A DNA stretch of 63,791 bases, filler included, from Octopus bimaculoides (taxonomy: Eukaryota): the NCBI RefSeq assembly GCF_001194135.2. It is 3 parts of 3 records of this genome, joined end to end, with 100 filler letters (N's around TTAATTAATTAA, not from the genome) between each part and the next. Parts side by side here need not be neighbours in the genome. Positions count along the whole stretch, not along the records: positions 20,780 to 48,658 come from NC_069006.1; positions 48,759 to 63,791 come from NC_069004.1; 1 more part is not named here. One strand, written 5' to 3'. The notes beneath the pieces were generated by a model. It was given only the letters and a program-made list of their open reading frames with translations, was not told the DNA's origin and made no database searches. This document shows positions 38,560-51,324 of the stretch, one piece after another (position 1 is the first letter of the stretch; every line of letters starts with the position of its first letter). The position numbers and the translations under genes were made by a program.

Positions 38560-38720
38560 ACACGCCGGACAAAGTGTGTAACGGTATTTCGTCTGCTGCT
38601 ACATTCTGAACTTAAATTCCGCATCATTTTGGGGTCGATAAAATAAGTAGCAGTGGAACACTGGGGTGATGTAATCGACTAGCTCCCTCCCCGACATTTC
38701 AGGTCCTGTACTTTAGTAAA
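38560..38720 (+). mobile_element. SINE family C
   Basis: cacgccggacaaa...ggggtcgataaaataagta...gatgtaatcgac. Confidence 0.7.
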
Positions 38721-39589
38721 AAGGATTATCATTATTATTATTATTATTATTATTACAATACCAAAAGGAAGAGTAAATGTGCTTAGGCCCAATCACTGTC
38801 AGATTAATTAATACTTGAAGGATTATGAAAAGTGACATACACACTCTCTGCCAACGATCCATTGTGCAATAATCGCCAAGATCAATAATCGTATAGCCCT
38901 ATAACATGATCGATTCCTCATTTCTGGAATAATAGAATGTTTAAATATGGTAGTGATACATAGCAGAGATTAGAAGAATGTCGATTGGGGGGAGATTATG
39001 AGTAAAAGAGAAACAAAATTAAGCTATTCGCGTTGTTGAATACCGAAGCATTATTGATCGATCTAGGAATCATCGAAGATTGTAGATTGGACCGCTTATG
39101 CTTTATGTGACATTCATGATACATTTAATACTGTAACAAAGAGTGGGAAGAGGTGTGTTCATATANNNNNNNNNNNNNNNNNNNNNNNNNNNNNNNNNNN
39201 NNNNNNNNNNNNNNNNNNNNNNNNNNNNNNNNNNNNNNNNNNNNNNNNNNNNNNNNNNNNNNNNNNNNNNNNNNNNNNNNNNNNNNNNNNNNNNNNNNNN
39301 NNNNNNNNNNNNNNNNNNNNNNNNNNNNNNNNNNNNNNNNNNNNNNNNNNNNNNNNNNNNNNNNNNNNNNNNNNNNNNNNNNNNNNNNNNNNNNNNNNNN
39401 NNNNNNNNNNNNNNNNNNNNNNNNNNNNNNNNNNCCATATATATATATTTAATAAAAGATAAGCAGTATGGTATGACGCAAATCACTTACATATTCTAGA
39501 GAGTATGTGAAATTTTAAGCAAAACTTAGAACTATAGAAAGTTAACCTTCGTGGTAGAAGTTTGGACAATGTTCTTTATAGATGACCAG

Positions 39590-39800
39590 CAGTTTCCTAT
39601 GCCTACCACCCTCCTCTCTGCACGCCACCAGTGTTATCCAAGGGAAAGGCAAAGGCCGATACAGTTTGGCACTAGTGACGTCGCAACTCATTTCTACAGC
39701 TGAGTGAACTGGAGTATGTAACTAAAAAAAAAAAATAAATAAATAGAGCCCGGTCCGCGAATCGAACTCACAACCTTACGGTTGTAATCCCGGCCTTCTA
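39590..39800 (-). mobile_element. SINE family E (tRNA head with CORE-like body)
   Basis: Minus strand: tggctcaggggttagaagg...gagttcgattc...ccagttcactcagctgtagaaatgagttgcgacg. Confidence 0.65.
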
Positions 39801-40026
39801 ACCCCTGAGCCATATGCTTTTACTCTATCATATATATAAAAAATGGTGAGTGATATGTCAATAGTAAGTTATTTAAAAGACTGGTCGTAGAGAAGTTAGA
39901 CAATTTGTAATCCAAATATAGTTGAACTGCTCAAAACACTGGAAGGAAAGGATCGCAATTCAGAAACATATAAACAGGCAAATGGCCATTACACCACAAT
40001 CTATGAAGATACAGAAAAATATTTAG

Positions 40027-40356
40027 GACGGTTTATGTACATTGTGGAGGCGCAATGGCCCAGTGGTTAGGGCAGCGGACTCACGTTCGGAGGATCGCGG
40101 TTTCGATTCCCAGACCGGGTGTTGTGTGTGTTTATTAAACGAAAACACCTAAAGCTCCACGTGACTCCGGCAGGGGGTGGTGGTGGTGACCCATGTTGTA
40201 CTCTTTCGACCCAACTTTCTCTTACTCTTTCTTCCTGTTTCTAGAGTAACGCTGTGATGGACTGTCGTCCTATCCAGCTGGGGAGGGAACACATACGCCA
40301 TAGAAACCGGGAAACCGGGCCCATGAGCCTGGCTAGGCTTGAAAAAGGGCGCATAA
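40027..40356 (+). mobile_element. SINE family A, tail type 2
   Basis: ggaggcgcaatggcccagtggttaggg..., then tail agagtaacgctgtgatggactg...cccatgagcctggctaggcttgaaaagggcg. Confidence 0.9.
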
Positions 40357-40784
40357 AAAATACAAAAATATGTACATCAGCTATAAATTTATTATCAAAA
40401 TGTAATGAAGTAGCCATGGTCAAACATGTTTCTAGTCATCTCAAATAATACTGATATCAGTAGAAACGACTGAACTAATTTGCAAAATTGTGGTTGATAA
40501 TAGGACATTTATTTCAGTTACAAGACGAAAAATGTATCTGTAAGACCGGCGTGATGGCTTGGACATAATACAAATATTTCTGAATTTGAGTCTAAAATTG
40601 GATCAAAAGATATCGCCGGGTAGGTAACTATTGAACACAGGACAAAGTGCAAACATTTCCTCGTCCTCGCCAAGATAGTTGTAATAGATAAAACCGGGAG
40701 ATAGCTACAGAATATTGGAAAGTGCCAAGATTATAACATCCTGACAAAAGCTTTATCAACGAATACTGCCGGGTATATTGTTGT

Positions 40785-41120
40785 TGGCACTCCGTCGCTT
40801 ACGACGTCGAGGGATCCAGTTGATCCGATCAACGGAACAGCCCGCTCGTGAAATTAACGTGCAAGTGGCTGAGCACTCCACAGACACGTGTACCCTTAAC
40901 GTAGTTCTCGGGGATATTCAGCGTGACACAGTGTGACAAGGCTGACCCTTTGAACTACAGGCACAACAGAAACAGGAAGAAAGAGTGAGAGAAAGTTGTG
41001 GTGAAAGAGTACAGCAGGGTTCGCCACCATCCCCTGCCGGAGCCTCGTGGAGCCTTTAGGTGTTTTCGCTCAATAAACACTCACAACGCCCGGTCTGGGA
41101 ATCGAAACCGCGACCCTATA
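40785..41120 (-). mobile_element. SINE family A, tail type 1, extreme 5' end missing
   Basis: Reverse complement of the 46648 copy. Confidence 0.9.
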
Positions 41121-41139
41121 ACCGCCCTAACGAAATTTG

Positions 41140-41317
41140 GAGGACAGGGCCACTAAGTTACGTCGAACCTAGTACTCAACTGGTACTTCATTTATCGACG
41201 CCCGAAAGAATGGAAGGTAAAGTCGACCTAGGCGGAATTTGAACTCAGAACATAGGGACAGACGAAATACCGCTAAGTACTTCATCCAGCGTGCTAACGA
41301 TTCTGCCAGCATCCGCC

Positions 41318-41318
<1 letters not shown>
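41140..41318 (-). mobile_element. SINE family C
   Basis: ctggtact..tttatcgac..aaag..aaagtcgacct.ggcggaatttgaactcagaac. Confidence 0.85.
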
Positions 41319-41388
<70 letters not shown>

Positions 41389-42049
41389 AAGAAGAAGAAG
41401 AAGAAGAAGAAGAAGAAGAAGAAAAAGAAGAAAAAGAAGAAAAAGAAGAAAAAGAAGAAAAGAAGAAAAGAAGAAAAGAAGAAGAGAAAGAAGAAGAAGA
41501 AGAGAAAGAAGAAGAAGAAGAGAAAGAAGAAGAAGAAGAAGAGAAAGAAGAAGAAGGAAAGGAAGAAGAAAGCTATGTGCCCTATTACATAAATAAAATC
41601 CATTCGTGTTTCTCATCTCTCATTCGTGCAAACTCTATTACATTCTCACACAATCTCATTAAGTCACTCGTTCGTCTTTACCCTGTTAATCCCGGGATTA
41701 GAAGAAGACACGGATCCTCAGATAACAACACAGGAAAATATATGATAAGGGACAGAAATAATACCTCATGAAAAATCTTATGATCGTTCTAATCTGATAC
41801 GTACCGAAGCACAAATATGCTCACACGCACACAGAGAGAGAGACATGCGAACGCACGCACATACACATATACGTATCCACATATAGATGCGTAAGAATAT
41901 ATACGCATATAAAAATAGACACACAAGCGAATGTGTTTGAGTGTGTGTTTGAGTGTGTACATACGTAAGTATATATAGCGTTTATATTTAAATATCAAAA
42001 CACACACATACATATACATGTTTGTTAGTATGTGTGTGTGTGTGTAAGC

Positions 42050-42152
<103 letters not shown>

Positions 42153-42299
42153 AACACATATATTACACAAATACTCACAAGCGGTTCGTATATATCCATG
42201 CATACATACATACATAAATAAATATATATATGCATACATACATACGCACAAGTGCACACATACACATGCATAAAGTCATACATATATACGCACACACAA

Positions 42300-42335
<36 letters not shown>

Positions 42336-42585
42336 AATACAAACGACATTGATGATTCTAAGGAGTAGCATCACACAGAAATAGAAACAACACGGAATAA
42401 GACTGGTAGCCTTATCGCAGTCGATGTCTTGCAAAAACTCTTGGAATTCGAAGGGATTTGTCACTCGGATGAAATGATTGCTACTTAACTATGAAAAGAA
42501 CCCATTGGTCATGACATGCTGAAGAATACGTTAAAGGTTTTGCAGTCAGATTTACGGTTACTTTTAAATTAATATGCAATCTTAA

Positions 42586-42895
42586 AGGGCGGCGAGCTGG
42601 CAGGATCGTTAGTACGCCGGGCGAAATGTTTAGCGGTATTTCGTCTGCCCGAGATCGACTTTGTCTTTCATTCTTTCGGGGTCGATAAAATAAGTACCAG
42701 TTATGCATTGGGGTCGATGTAAATCGACTTAATCTCTTTGTCTGTCCTTGTTTGTCCCCTCTATGTTTAGCCCCTTGTGGGCCGTAAAGAAATAAGAAAC
42801 GTTAGCACGCCGGGCGAAATGCTTAGCGGTATTTTGTCTGCCGAGGTCGACTTTGCCTTTCATCCCTTCGGGGTCGATTAAATAAGTACCAATTA
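42586..42895 (+). mobile_element. Two internally deleted SINE family C copies
   Basis: ggcggcgagctggcaggatcgttagtacgccgggcgaaatg...gtcgactttg..tttcat..tttcggggtcgat, twice. Confidence 0.85.
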
Positions 42896-43321
42896 CACAC
42901 ACACATTGAAAATACACGCATATACACGAATACACACACACAATGAAAGACAGCGAAAAGTCAACATTGTAGAAAGCCTCCCAAAACTGTTGTGGCATAA
43001 GTCAACATCTCTGAGATTGAAACAAGACACTTATTGAAAGTGAAACGAGACATTTATTGCTATAAATAGACTACACCCAGCAGCACAGAAAGGAAAAGCT
43101 CTGTAGGTTAGATGTGATGAACAAGTCGAACCATTTCTCCTGCGATACGATACTGATGTAAGAAGGTCGAACCTTACGTTATAACAAACACTAACCAAAA
43201 CCTGCAACGTAAAGCTGTTGCTTAAGGAAATCTTTTTTTAAACAATGTTATCTAATGCATTAGCCCTTCTCGGGGATTTCGTAAAAAATGTACCCAGTCC
43301 GTTTTAAGTACTATTCAAGAA

Positions 43322-44600
43322 GAGTGGTTCCGGTGCGCGCACTCGCACCAGCGAATCGTGACTAGTCGATCCTACGACTACCTAGTGCGAGTGCACGCCA
43401 TGCGCAAAATAAGTATGAAGGTTTTTTTCTAATCAAAGNNNNNNNNNNNNNNNNNNNNNNNNNNNNNNNNNNNNNNNNNNNNNNNNNNNNNNNNNNNNNN
43501 NNNNNNNNNNNNNNNNNNNNNNNNNNNNNNNNNNNNNNNNNNNNNNNNNNNNNNNNNNNNNNNNNNNNNNNNNNNNNNNNNNNNNNNNNNNNNNNNNNNN
43601 NNNNNNNNNNNNNNNNNNNNNNNNNNNNNNNNNNNNNNNNNNNNNNNNNNNNNNNNNNNNNNNNNNNNNNNNNNNNNNNNNNNNNNNNNNNNNNNNNNNN
43701 NNNNNNNNNNNNNNNNNNNNNNNNNNNNNNNNNNNNNNNNNNNNNNNNNNNNNNNNNNNNNNNNNNNNNNNNNNNNNNNNNNNNNNNNNNNNNNNNNNNN
43801 NNNNNNNNNNNNNNNNNNNNNNNNNNNNNNNNNNNNNNNNNNNNNNNNNNNNNNNNNNNNNNNNNNNNNNNNNNNNNNNNNNNNNNNNNNNNNNNNNNNN
43901 NNNNNNNNNNNNNNNNNNNNNNNNNNNNNNNNNNNNNNNNNNNNNNNNNNNNNNNNNNNNNNNNNNNNNNNNNNNNNNNNNNNNNNNNNNNNNNNNNNNN
44001 NNNNNNNNNNNNNNNNNNNNNNNNNNNNNNNNNNNNNNNNNNNNNNNNNNNNNNNNNNNNNNNNNNNNNNNNNNNNNNNNNNNNNNNNNNNNNNNNNNNN
44101 NNNNNNNNNNNNNNNNNNNNNNNNNNNNNNNNNNNNNNNNNNNNNNNNNNNNNNNNNNNNNNNNNNNNNNNNNNNNNNNNNNNNNNNNNNNNNNNNNNNN
44201 NNNNNNNNNNNNNNNNNNNNNNNNNNNNNNNNNNNNNNNNNNNNNNNNNNNNNNNNNNNNNNNNNNNNNNNNNNNNNNNNNNNNNNNNNNNNNNNNNNNN
44301 NNNNNNNNNNNNNNNNNNNNNNNNNNNNNNNNNNNNNNNNNNNNNNNNNNNNNNNNNNNNGATCTGCACTAACGTCACAAAAACCGATAAATCGTTCTTT
44401 CGTCACACAGTCTTCTGTAACATAACGTAAAACTGGAGACAATTGTGAATATGCTGAGACATCAGATGTTTCATCAACAAGAATAGAAACAAATTTAGCT
44501 TGCTCAATTTCCTTTTGCATCTCATTCAACATAACTTTATGAATTACATCGTGAATTTCTTGTTGTAGCTTCACAAATTAGGTAAATTCGGTGTTGGTCT
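43322..44600 (-). mobile_element. hAT transposon (ZMYM1/DUF4371-like transposase fragment) spanning an N gap
   Basis: 44361-44574 encodes EIEQAKFVSILVDETSDVSAYSQLSPVLRYV..TKERFIGFCDVSAD. A TIR-like (g)agtggttccggtgcg end lies at 43322. Confidence 0.8.
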
Positions 44601-44903
44601 CCCACCGTTTATAATTAATTGTTTTCCATCGAAGTCTCTTTTCGAAAAACTATTTCTCAAAATATCGTTTATGACTCACATTTCGAAAAAGCTGCTCTTA
44701 TATAAGAACACACGTATAAACGTCTGCGTAAATTTCTTAGTCAATTTCAACAAAACAGAAAAATAACCTTAGATAAATTAATTTAAGATTAATTAGCTAC
44801 TTCTGAAATAAGAAATATAACATAGATGATATTTTTGTTTTCAGAACACTCCAAAAATATAATAGTAGAAACAGATGTTTTGGATAAAAAAATTCAAACT
44901 TAC

Positions 44904-44957
44904 CGCCAGGTTGTTCCGACATTTCAGATGGCTAACTCAGGAATTATGGGACTGCTC
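44904..44957 (-). other. Candidate 54-nt exon with possible start codon (MSEQPG)
   Basis: cctaac branch-like site, ttccactttctgacccgaacag acceptor, GTAAGT donor. Stops occur in all frames before the ATG at 44922. Confidence 0.3.
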
Positions 44958-45278
44958 CTGTTCGGGTCAGAAAGTGGAACGAGGTTAGGAACAAGTCTAC
45001 ACTAACAAAGAGAGGGGTAGGGTCTGTCACATGGGTCTTCTCAAAGCAAATGTACGAGTCACTGAGAGAGGGGAAGGGGAGGCGAATATTTCGAAAACAC
45101 CTGGACAGATTTTCTTTGAAAAAACTATTTTATCTAATTTTCCGATGATAGGGATAAAAAACCCACAGACAATGCAGCGTATACGTTGCATAATTGAGAG
45201 TGCATGCCCCTGATATATGCATATGTATGCCTGTGTGTATCTATAAGTACATATATGTATATGTCTCTGTGTTTGTAG

Positions 45279-45316
<38 letters not shown>

Positions 45317-45319
45317 GAG

Positions 45320-45480
45320 AATGTACGAAAAAAACAACAACAGACGAGGACAGGTGGTGTAAACAACAAAAGGATGTATTAGTATGACGCTCGGGAATAC
45401 GGAAAGTCTTTAACGTTTCGAGCTACGCTCTTCAACAGAAAGAATACGGAGACAAGGAGAAAAACACGGAGAAAAAAATT
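45320..45480 (-). mobile_element. Second copy of the 40-200 repeat, hammerhead-like core at 45407-45443
   Basis: TCTTT-CTGTTGA-A-GAGC(GTA)GCTC-GAAA-CGT-T-AAAGA. Confidence 0.6.
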
Positions 45481-45759
45481 GAATAGTGTCCAGTCAGCGG
45501 TCAATCATAGTATATATATGCATGTATGTATGAGTACGTGTGTGTGTGTATGTATGTATGTATGTATGTGGTTGTGTTGCTCATGCAATCAAACTATCCT
45601 GTTCACGGGACATTGTATTATTTAGCATAAATATAATGGAAATACAATTGTAAATGCGTTAATCCTGGAATTATTATTGTCGATAGAAGATTGATGTGAA
45701 TTGAGAGACTGAAGGTTGCGGGTTTATTATAGAATTTTCTACGTATACGTGTGTGCGTG

Positions 45760-45802
<43 letters not shown>

Positions 45803-46647
45803 NNNNNNNNNNTATATATACACACGCATATATATATATATATATATACATATATAACTATTTACATATATGTATATATATATGCATATAGATATACATA
45901 TATATATTCATATATATTTACACACATATATATGTGTGTGTGTGTATGTATATATATGTGCATGTATGTATATAATTTGTGTATGTATGTATATGCATAC
46001 GCACAGAGACAATACGGAGCAATGAGTGAGTGTTATAGGGAGGTGAGGGAAAACAATACAGACGATCGCTTGTAGTAGAGAGAGAGAGACAGACAGACAG
46101 ACAGAGAGATAAAGAAAGAGAGAGGGTGAGAGAGAAAGACAGAGAGAGAGGTAGAGAGAGAGGGAGACAAAGACAGAGAGAGATTTTGCTGAAATCTGAA
46201 ATGGATATGGTGGTGTTGTTTCTGTTGTTGATGGTGGTGTTGATGGTAGCGGTGGTGGTGTAACGGTGGTGGTGGTGTTGGTGGTAGTTCTGATAGAGGT
46301 GCCGCCAATGTTTTGCTATAACTGACGGTGGTGGAGTAGGATGTGTTGATACCGATTGTTGTGGCGGTTGTAGTGACGGAGACGGAGGTGGAAGTGGTAG
46401 CGATATTGTATGTGGTGGTAGTGGTTGTTGCGGCGGTGGTAGTAATAGTAATAATAGTCATGGAAATAGTTACAGCGGCGTTTGGTGGCAACGTTGTTGA
46501 CGATGAAGGACATAGCAAAAGAAATACGTGGATTATAATAGTTTAGTGAATTAATCTCAATGTCTCTGTATTGAAATGTCACTGCTAAGATGATATATCG
46601 ATTGGACGTCTGGTGGGTTTGTTCATGTGTTTTTCTAAGAGAGAGAG

Positions 46648-47030
46648 TGGAGGCGCAATGGCTCAGTGGTTAGGGCAGCGGACTCGCGGTCATAGGATCG
46701 CGGTTTCGATTCCCAGACCGGGTGTTGTGAGTGTTTATTGAGCGAAAACACCTAAAAGCACCACGAGGCTCCGGCAGGGGATGGTGGAGAACCCTGCTGT
46801 ACTCTCTCACCACAACTTTCTCTCACTCTTACTTCCTGTTTCTGTTGTGCCTGTAATTCAAAGGGGGCCAGCCTTGTCACACTGTGTCACGCTGAATATC
46901 CCCGAGAACTACGTTAAGGGTACATGTGTCTGTGGAGTGCTCAGCCACTTGCACGCTAATTTCACGAGCAGGCTGTTTCGTTGATCGGATCAACTGGAAC
47001 CCTAGGCGTCGTAAGCGACGGAGTGCCCAA
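46648..47030 (+). mobile_element. SINE family A, tail type 1, full length
   Basis: Intact A and B boxes and full tail to gacggagtgcccaaaaacaac. Confidence 0.9.
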
Positions 47031-47225
47031 AAACAACTAAGAGAGAGACGGTTCTGTTGAGCGCCCTGTAATGTATAAAGACCTTTCCTTAGATACTGAA
47101 TTCAAATTCCAGTGGTGTTGAATAAACTGCCCATTCTTCCTGGGTTGATAAAATAAATGCTGAGACAATGGCGGAAACATATCACATCTGTGTGTGTATA
47201 ATATGTGCGTGTGTATGTTCATATG

Positions 47226-47504
47226 GGTAATCTTCAAGTTTAGGGGGATAAAAAAAAAAATTCAAGGGAAGTAACTGAATGTCTTACCAGTATTCTCCGT
47301 ACATCTGTTTATAAATAAATCACACACGTGATTTGATTGACGTTAGGGTTAGGGTTTGGATTAGGGTTAGGGTTTGGATTAGGGTTAGGGTGTGATTTAT
47401 TTATAAACAGCTAGAAGAAAACGGATAATACTGGTAAGACGTTCAGTTACTTCCCTTGAATATTTTTATTTATTTTTTTCATCCCCCTAAACTTGAAGAT
47501 TACC
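47226..47504. mobile_element. Mutator/foldback-type MITE with a telomeric-repeat core
   Basis: ~100-bp TIRs starting GGTAATC, perfect 9-bp TSD GTTCATATG (47217-47225 and 47505-47513), central TTAGGG array at 47343-47390. Confidence 0.9.
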
Positions 47505-48334
47505 GTTCATATGTATATATATATACTGACAGTAAGAGTAATGGCTAAAACAACGGCGAAACCAAGAGCATTAACTCATAACCCACTTCCTTCAACGTTA
47601 TTTCAAACAAACAATAATAAAACTAAACCCAAAATATGATTATTTACATTTAATGTCTTCATAACGCTTCGAATCTCTTTGAATCTCTGTTGCCCCATCT
47701 CCAGCCTTAGCAAATGTGGTTTCTGGTTTCCAATGCTGGATAGAATTAAGCTGTCTCTGTGCAAACGTAACCGAATACCAATTTTTTATATAACATTAAG
47801 TGATTTCACATACCCTAAATTCTCACCTTATACCCTTCAAGCCTATCTACCTAAGTACCTCAATGTCACATCTAAATAATAACTATGATTTATTTAATCC
47901 GGCTCTAATAAAGAAGATTGGGGGATGGCCGACATAAAAAGAAAGCAATAGCGTGGGAAGAGACGGCCATTTCTTATCGTAATTTCTTTTAGCTTTTTAT
48001 TTTTCATTCTTTCTATCGCTCCTTCGTTATTTTTTTTTCATTTCTTTATCCATTATTCGCTCTCTTCCCTTACTCTTTGTTTTATTTTCTTTCAGTCATC
48101 TTTCCTTCCTGCTTTGATTTTATTCCCTATATTCTTTTATTCTTCTTCTATGTATTGTATGTTCGTTCCTACTTCTCTTTCTTTTGTTTATTTCTCTATA
48201 TCGTTTCTGATTTTAATTTGCTTTGTCTAGAAATCAGTCTTTCTTTTATTCTTCCATTATTTTCCATACCTCTCCCCACCCCACCATTCTCCCTCTCCCC
48301 ATATATATATACATATATATATGAATTCTTTTAC

Positions 48335-48520
48335 TTCTTTCAGTCATTTGACTGCGGCCATGCTGGTGCTCCGCTTTGAAGGGTTTTAGTCGGAGAAACC
48401 GACCCCGGGACTTATTCCTTATATGCCTTGCACTTATTATATCGGTCTGTTATGCTGAGCCGCTAGTTTGCTGGGGTCATAAAAACACCAGCATCAGTTG
48501 TAAAGCGCTGGAACAAACAC
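48335..48520 (-). mobile_element. SINE family B 3' portion
   Basis: tttcagtcatttgactgcggccatgctgg...gaccccgggacttattc. Confidence 0.75.
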
Positions 48521-48591
48521 AGACACAGGCACACACATACACTCTCTCTGTCTCTCTCTCTCTCTCTCACACTGTCACACACACACACACA

Positions 48592-48626
<35 letters not shown>

Positions 48627-48658
48627 AAATGAATAAATAAATAAACAAATATATATAT

Positions 48659-48758
48659 NNNNNNNNNNNNNNNNNNNNNNNNNNNNNNNNNNNNNNNNNN
48701 NNTTAATTAATTAANNNNNNNNNNNNNNNNNNNNNNNNNNNNNNNNNNNNNNNNNNNN
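48659..48758. other. Synthetic 100-bp scaffold spacer (N44-TTAATTAATTAA-N44)
   Basis: Identical in structure to 20680-20779. Confidence 0.9.
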
Positions 48759-48769
48759 AAAGAGTTTGG

Positions 48770-50020
48770 GAAATTTTCTATGAAAAACTCCAAAAATGAT
48801 CTACAACTCCTCACCACCCCATCCCGCTGTCCAAAAGTGAAAATGAACGGCTGTTTTGTTGGTTTGCGCATGCGTAGATTTATAGTGAAACAGCAAAAGG
48901 ATCACGGCGTGTGAAGCCCTTATCATTAAACTCGACATTCTAAAAATAACAGCTAAATGTTTGGAGAATTTTTGTGTTTGTGCGTGCGTGCACGCAACAA
49001 TTTCTACAGCTTATCCGAATGAACAGAGAAAGTACACAGAAACAGGTTTTACATACCAGTCGTATACGTCGGTTTTGTGTTATTCGCTTTAAAGGTTACA
49101 CTATTTTGAAGCGCGATTTTTATGTCATTGAATGTGCTGTAAACGAATTTAGGGGTTAGCAAGTATGGTGTTATTATATATATTTACTCTTGTGTTTTTC
49201 TCCGTCACAACATATGAATGAGAAAGGAAGGGGTGATGGCAAATTGGTAGTGGGAGTGTTTCAACTGTGTGAGTATGTGTGTGTGTATGTAAAAAGGGAG
49301 GTGTGTGAATGTTTGTGCGTGTGTGTGCAATAGAAGTTGGATGGTGAACATTCAATGGTGAAAAGAAAAATCAAACAGCGTTTCAACTCTGTGTGAATAT
49401 ATGTGTATGTGTGTGCATGTTTGTATGTTTAAACCAGCATTCTTTCAGTAACAAACGACGATCAATATCACATCTCAAAAGACAACCACTAGATAACATT
49501 AACAAGTGTATTAATTTGATTTACCATCCATATTTATATATAAAATACTACAATTAGCCATCATTTTTGCCAGCACAGAGCCAGATAAGAATTTGGTAAA
49601 TATTTACACTAACACCATACTTGCTAAATTCGTTTACAGCACATTCAATAACATAAAAATCACGCTTCAAAATAGTGTTTAGCGAGTATGGTGTAATTGT
49701 AAATAAATATCAAAGGTAACTTTTAAAGCGAGAAACACAAAACCGACGTATACGACTGGTATGTAAAACCTGTTTCTGTGTACTTTCTCTGTTCATCGGA
49801 TAAGCTGTAGAAATTGTTGCGTGCATGCACACACAAACACAAAAATTCTCCAAACATTTAGCTGTTATTTTTAGAATATCGAGTTTCAAGATGAGGGCTT
49901 CACATGCCGTGATCCTTTTGCCGTTTCACTATAAATCTACGCATGCACAAACTGACAAAACAGCCGTTCATTTTCACTTTTAGACAGCGGGATGGGGTGG
50001 AATTTTTCATAGAAAATTTC
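48770..50020. mobile_element. Foldback (probable MULE-type) non-autonomous element, ~420-bp inverted arms
   Basis: 48770-49187 matches the reverse complement of 49596-50020, both ending GAAATTTTCTATGAAAAA. ~400-bp spacer. No TSD seen. Confidence 0.85.
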
Positions 50021-50944
50021 AAATATATTTTCTTTTTCTATATTCTTTATCTCTGTATTTTCCCATGTAGACTGATAAAGAAAATTTCAAAAAAAAGTTA
50101 AAAATTAAAAATTGTGGGGTCGAGGTTAAACATTTTGAAAATGTGGTCTTTTGCATATTCAGAATCTCCATCATCGAAAACATAGGAATTTGGTGAAAAA
50201 AAATTAAAACAAAGATTGGAAAGATTGCTTTTAATGGGGGACTGTGTGCCAGGTCCGCCTTTTTTGGCAAGGTTAAATATTTCTACTACTCACAAAAATC
50301 TACAATTACAAAAAGCATGACATGCTTAAGGAGTCTCTCTGCACAGTCAATTGGACTGGTTAAAAACAGTAGCCAAACTTCTCACAAAAGGTTTGCTAAA
50401 CAACAACAGCCTAGTAAGTATCATCACCACCACAACACATTCCAACATTACTATACCAACACTATCACCACCAATAATACAATTACACACACTAAGACAA
50501 CAGCATAAAAACCAACAATGCCATCACAATGCTTTCACATATACAACTTCACCATAACAACCACCCCAGAAACACTATCACCATCGCTGGAGTGTCTTTT
50601 TATAGGTCTTGTCTAAAGGAAGGACACAACAGATAATGTCCTGGATACATTATCTGAAGGTAAGATAAGATAATAATTGGAGCATCTTTGATCATAGGTC
50701 TGCTTAATTAGAGTTTACCTAGGGCTAAACAACAAGCAGCAAGACTAGATTATACCACCACCTCAATAATACAGTGTGTGTATATTTATATACATGGCTG
50801 TGTAGGCGCAGGTATTATTGTATGGTTGGTTAAAATGTTTGCTGCCCAAACTACAAGATTTCAGGTTCACTTATGAGAGATTGTCAGATGGAAACTGAAA
50901 GGTGTGGGGAAAAGATAGAGACATAAGATGCTGGAGATGAAAAT

Positions 50945-51080
50945 ATCCTGTAAAGTGGTTGGCGTTAGGAAGGACATCCAGCCGTAGAAACCGTGGAGCC
51001 TGGGCAACTCATCAACTGGCTAGCTCCTGTCAAACTGTCCAACCCAAGCCAGCATGGAAAATGGATGTTAATGATGATAC
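50945..51080 (+). mobile_element. RTE-related short retroposon (family G)
   Basis: ggttggcgttaggaaggacatccagc...gtccaacccaagccagcatggaaaatggatgttaatgatgat. Reverse copy at 57605-57740. Confidence 0.7.
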
Positions 51081-51082
51081 AC

Positions 51083-51230
51083 ATACGTTTCTTCCAGTTT
51101 CCATCCACCAAATCCACTGACTAGGCTTTGGTCAGCCTGGAGCTATAGTAGAAGACACTTGCTCAAGGTGCAACACTGTAGGATTGAACCTGACACCATG
51201 ATTAGAAAGCAAGCTTCTTAATCACACATA
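51083..51230 (-). mobile_element. SINE family B head
   Basis: gtttcttccagtttccatccaccaaatccact...gctatagtagaagacacttgctcaaggtg. Confidence 0.75.
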
Positions 51231-51324
51231 TGTCTATATACACATATATATATATTTGTAGAAGTGTGTACATGTGTAGGAGTATATGGAGATGCCAGTG
51301 ACTGTGTGCGTATTTTAAGTGTGT

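Noticed and set aside
40027-40105. tRNA gene
   Set aside because: It has A and B boxes but no closed acceptor stem, and it continues into a SINE body seen in several copies.
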